Origin: Blastocatellia bacterium
GTDB taxonomy: Bacteria; Acidobacteriota; Blastocatellia; UBA7656
DNA: 64,000 nucleotides
NCBI GenBank assembly: GCA_035249305.1
Contig: DATFGQ010000007.1
Span: forward strand, 18,915-82,914
Reading direction: 5' to 3'
The notes under the pieces were generated by a model. The model was not told the DNA's origin and searched no databases. It saw nothing but the letters and a program-made list of their open reading frames with translations. Below are positions 62,614-64,000 of this stretch, piece after piece (within the stretch, counting starts at the first letter, position 1; every line of letters starts with the position of its first letter). The position numbers and the translations under genes are program-made.

Positions 62614-64000
62614 TTGAGGGGAGTCTCGGCAGTTGCCCGACTCGTTGGGAGTCTGCTTATTCTTTTGAGCTTTTCACCCGCGACCGTTACAGAATCTCAG
62701 ATCGTAACGGCGCTCACGCCGAAGTTCGCCCTGAAAAAGAGCGGCCTGGAGCTTGAGCGACACACAAGGTTCGGCGCTTTCTTTGACGTGGTAGGCCGCC
62801 GCTCGGCAGTTTTCGGCTACGAGAATCGATCGCTCGAAGCCTGGGTCTACCCGCTGAAGACACTCGATGATTTCAACCTCTCATTTAATCTTCAGGGCTA
62901 CCCGCTCGACATCCGCGGCCCCGAAGTGACCGTCGGCATCACGGTGCGGCCCGAGGCGACTATCTTTACTTACTCGCACGCCGCGTTCACCGTGCGCCAG
63001 ATCGTCTTCGCGCCCGTCGAAGAGCCGGGCATCATAATGCTGCTCGACGTTGATAGCGTGCTGCCGCTCACCGTCACCGGCTCGTTCCGGCCCAAGCTCA
63101 GGCTTATGTGGCCCGCGGGGCTGATGACCGCTTACCTTGGCTGGGACGAGAAGGCTCGCGTCTACACTGCCGGCGAGGAGACGGGTCGGTTTGTCGGGAT
63201 GATCGGCTCGCCCCTCGCGCGCGACGTTTCGCTGATGCCTTACCAGGAAGAGCCCCGCGACGTTCCCGTCCGATTCGTCATCGAGGCCGCGCCCGAGGCC
63301 GTGAAGTCTCACTTCATCCCCATCGTCATCGCGGGCGGCGTCGAGGGCCGCGATAAGGCGAAGGCCACTTACGATAAACTGCTCGGCTCTGCGCAGTCGC
63401 TCTATGAAAAGAACGTCGCCTATTACGAGCGCCTCGCGAGCGCGACCGCGAGCATCGATACGCCGGACGAGCGGCTCGACACCGCGTTTGATTGGGCGAA
63501 GGTAGGCATCGAAAAAGGCATTGCCACAAACCCTTATCTAGGCACAGGGCTGCTGGCCGGGTTTCGCACCTCGGGAGAGAGCGAGCGCCCCGGATTCGCG
63601 TGGTACTTCGGGCGCGACGCGTTGTGGACCGCCCTGGCAATCACTTCGTATGGGGATTTCGCTTCTACGCGGAAGGCGCTCGACTTTCTGATGAAGTATC
63701 AGCGCGAGGACGGTAAGATTCCTCACGAGATTTCGCAAAGCGCGGCGCTCATCCCCTGGTTTAAAGATTACCCTTACCCTTGGGCGAGCGCCGACGCCAC
63801 GCCGCTTTATGTCATAGCCCATGCCGACTACTGGCGAGCGAGCGGCGACGCAGATTTTATAAAGAAGAACTGGGATTCGATCGTAAAGGCTTACCGATTC
63901 AGCGCCGCTACCGATACGGATAGAAATGGCTTGATCGAAAACACGGGCGTAGGTCACGGGTGGGTCGAGGGCGGCGCGCTCTATCCCCCGCACGAAGAGA
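62614..64000 (+). CDS. glycoside-hydrolase-like (alpha/alpha)6-barrel protein, glycogen-debranching/amylo-alpha-1,6-glucosidase family-like; 3' end beyond window
   Basis: My own translation from TTG 62614, 6 nt after GGAGG, gives (M)RGVSAVARLVGSLLILLSF... with no stop to base 64000. The segment ERPGFAWYFGRDALWTALAITSYGDFASTRKALDFLMKYQREDGKIPHE resembles GDE_C-type catalytic domains. It is absent from the ORF track because it is open-ended. Confidence 0.78.
   Translation, partial: MRGVSAVARLVGSLLILLSFSPATVTESQIVTALTPKFALKKSGLELERHTRFGAFFDVVGRRSAVFGYENRSLEAWVYPLKTLDDFNLSFNLQGYPLDIRGPEVTVGITVRPEATIFTYSHAAFTVRQIVFAPVEEPGIIMLLDVDSVLPLTVTGSFRPKLRLMWPAGLMTAYLGWDEKARVYTAGEETGRFVGMIGSPLARDVSLMPYQEEPRDVPVRFVIEAAPEAVKSHFIPIVIAGGVEGRDKAKATYDKLLGSAQSLYEKNVAYYERLASATASIDTPDERLDTAFDWAKVGIEKGIATNPYLGTGLLAGFRTSGESERPGFAWYFGRDALWTALAITSYGDFASTRKALDFLMKYQREDGKIPHEISQSAALIPWFKDYPYPWASADATPLYVIAHADYWRASGDADFIKKNWDSIVKAYRFSAATDTDRNGLIENTGVGHGWVEGGALYPPHEE

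Overview
This is 64 kb of a GC-rich bacterial chromosome; hand-counted 60-nt lines are mostly 60-73% GC. It spans the replication origin: parB-parA (minus strand) with two parS sites, then atpD-atpC, dnaA, a DnaA-box cluster plus AT-rich tract in the dnaA-dnaN spacer (oriC), and dnaN. The gene content suggests Acidobacteriota, but this is inference only: tandem GWxTD-motif proteins, orphan MacB/FtsX-type permeases, a tricorn-like protease, PEGA/TPR proteins, a DUF4159-like protein and many secreted peptidases. I support about 55 CDS, including two open-ended genes missing from the ORF track (1-464 minus, 62614-64000 plus). The flanks encode four themes. Secreted proteolysis and peptide use: tricorn homolog, M19 dipeptidase, DPP-IV, amidohydrolase, APC permease. 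Fatty-acid activation and beta-oxidation: three AMP-ligases, a thioesterase, an acyl-CoA dehydrogenase, an SDR. Regulation: two response regulators and a LytS-type kinase. Also an ExeM/NucH-like nuclease, an ABC exporter and a GMC oxidoreductase. I saw no rRNA, tRNA, CRISPR array, transposase or integrase. The most unusual signal is non-genic. Four intergenic elements of about 250-350 bp are built from cassettes of short triloop hairpins, each joined to a conserved 9-11-nt tag and arranged in mirror symmetry. Three of them are bounded by one shared 22-nt inverted terminus, and the fourth by 56-nt inverted repeats (54/56). Other points worth a second look: a four-gene GWxTD/TPR-TonB/OMP envelope operon whose last two genes sit between a 33-nt direct repeat; a compositionally mosaic acyl-CoA synthetase gene fused to a truncated vapC; low-GC islets encoding secreted proteins; and a GC trough centred on dnaA/oriC. 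Many long ORFs in the track are antisense or off-frame artefacts of high GC and are rejected.
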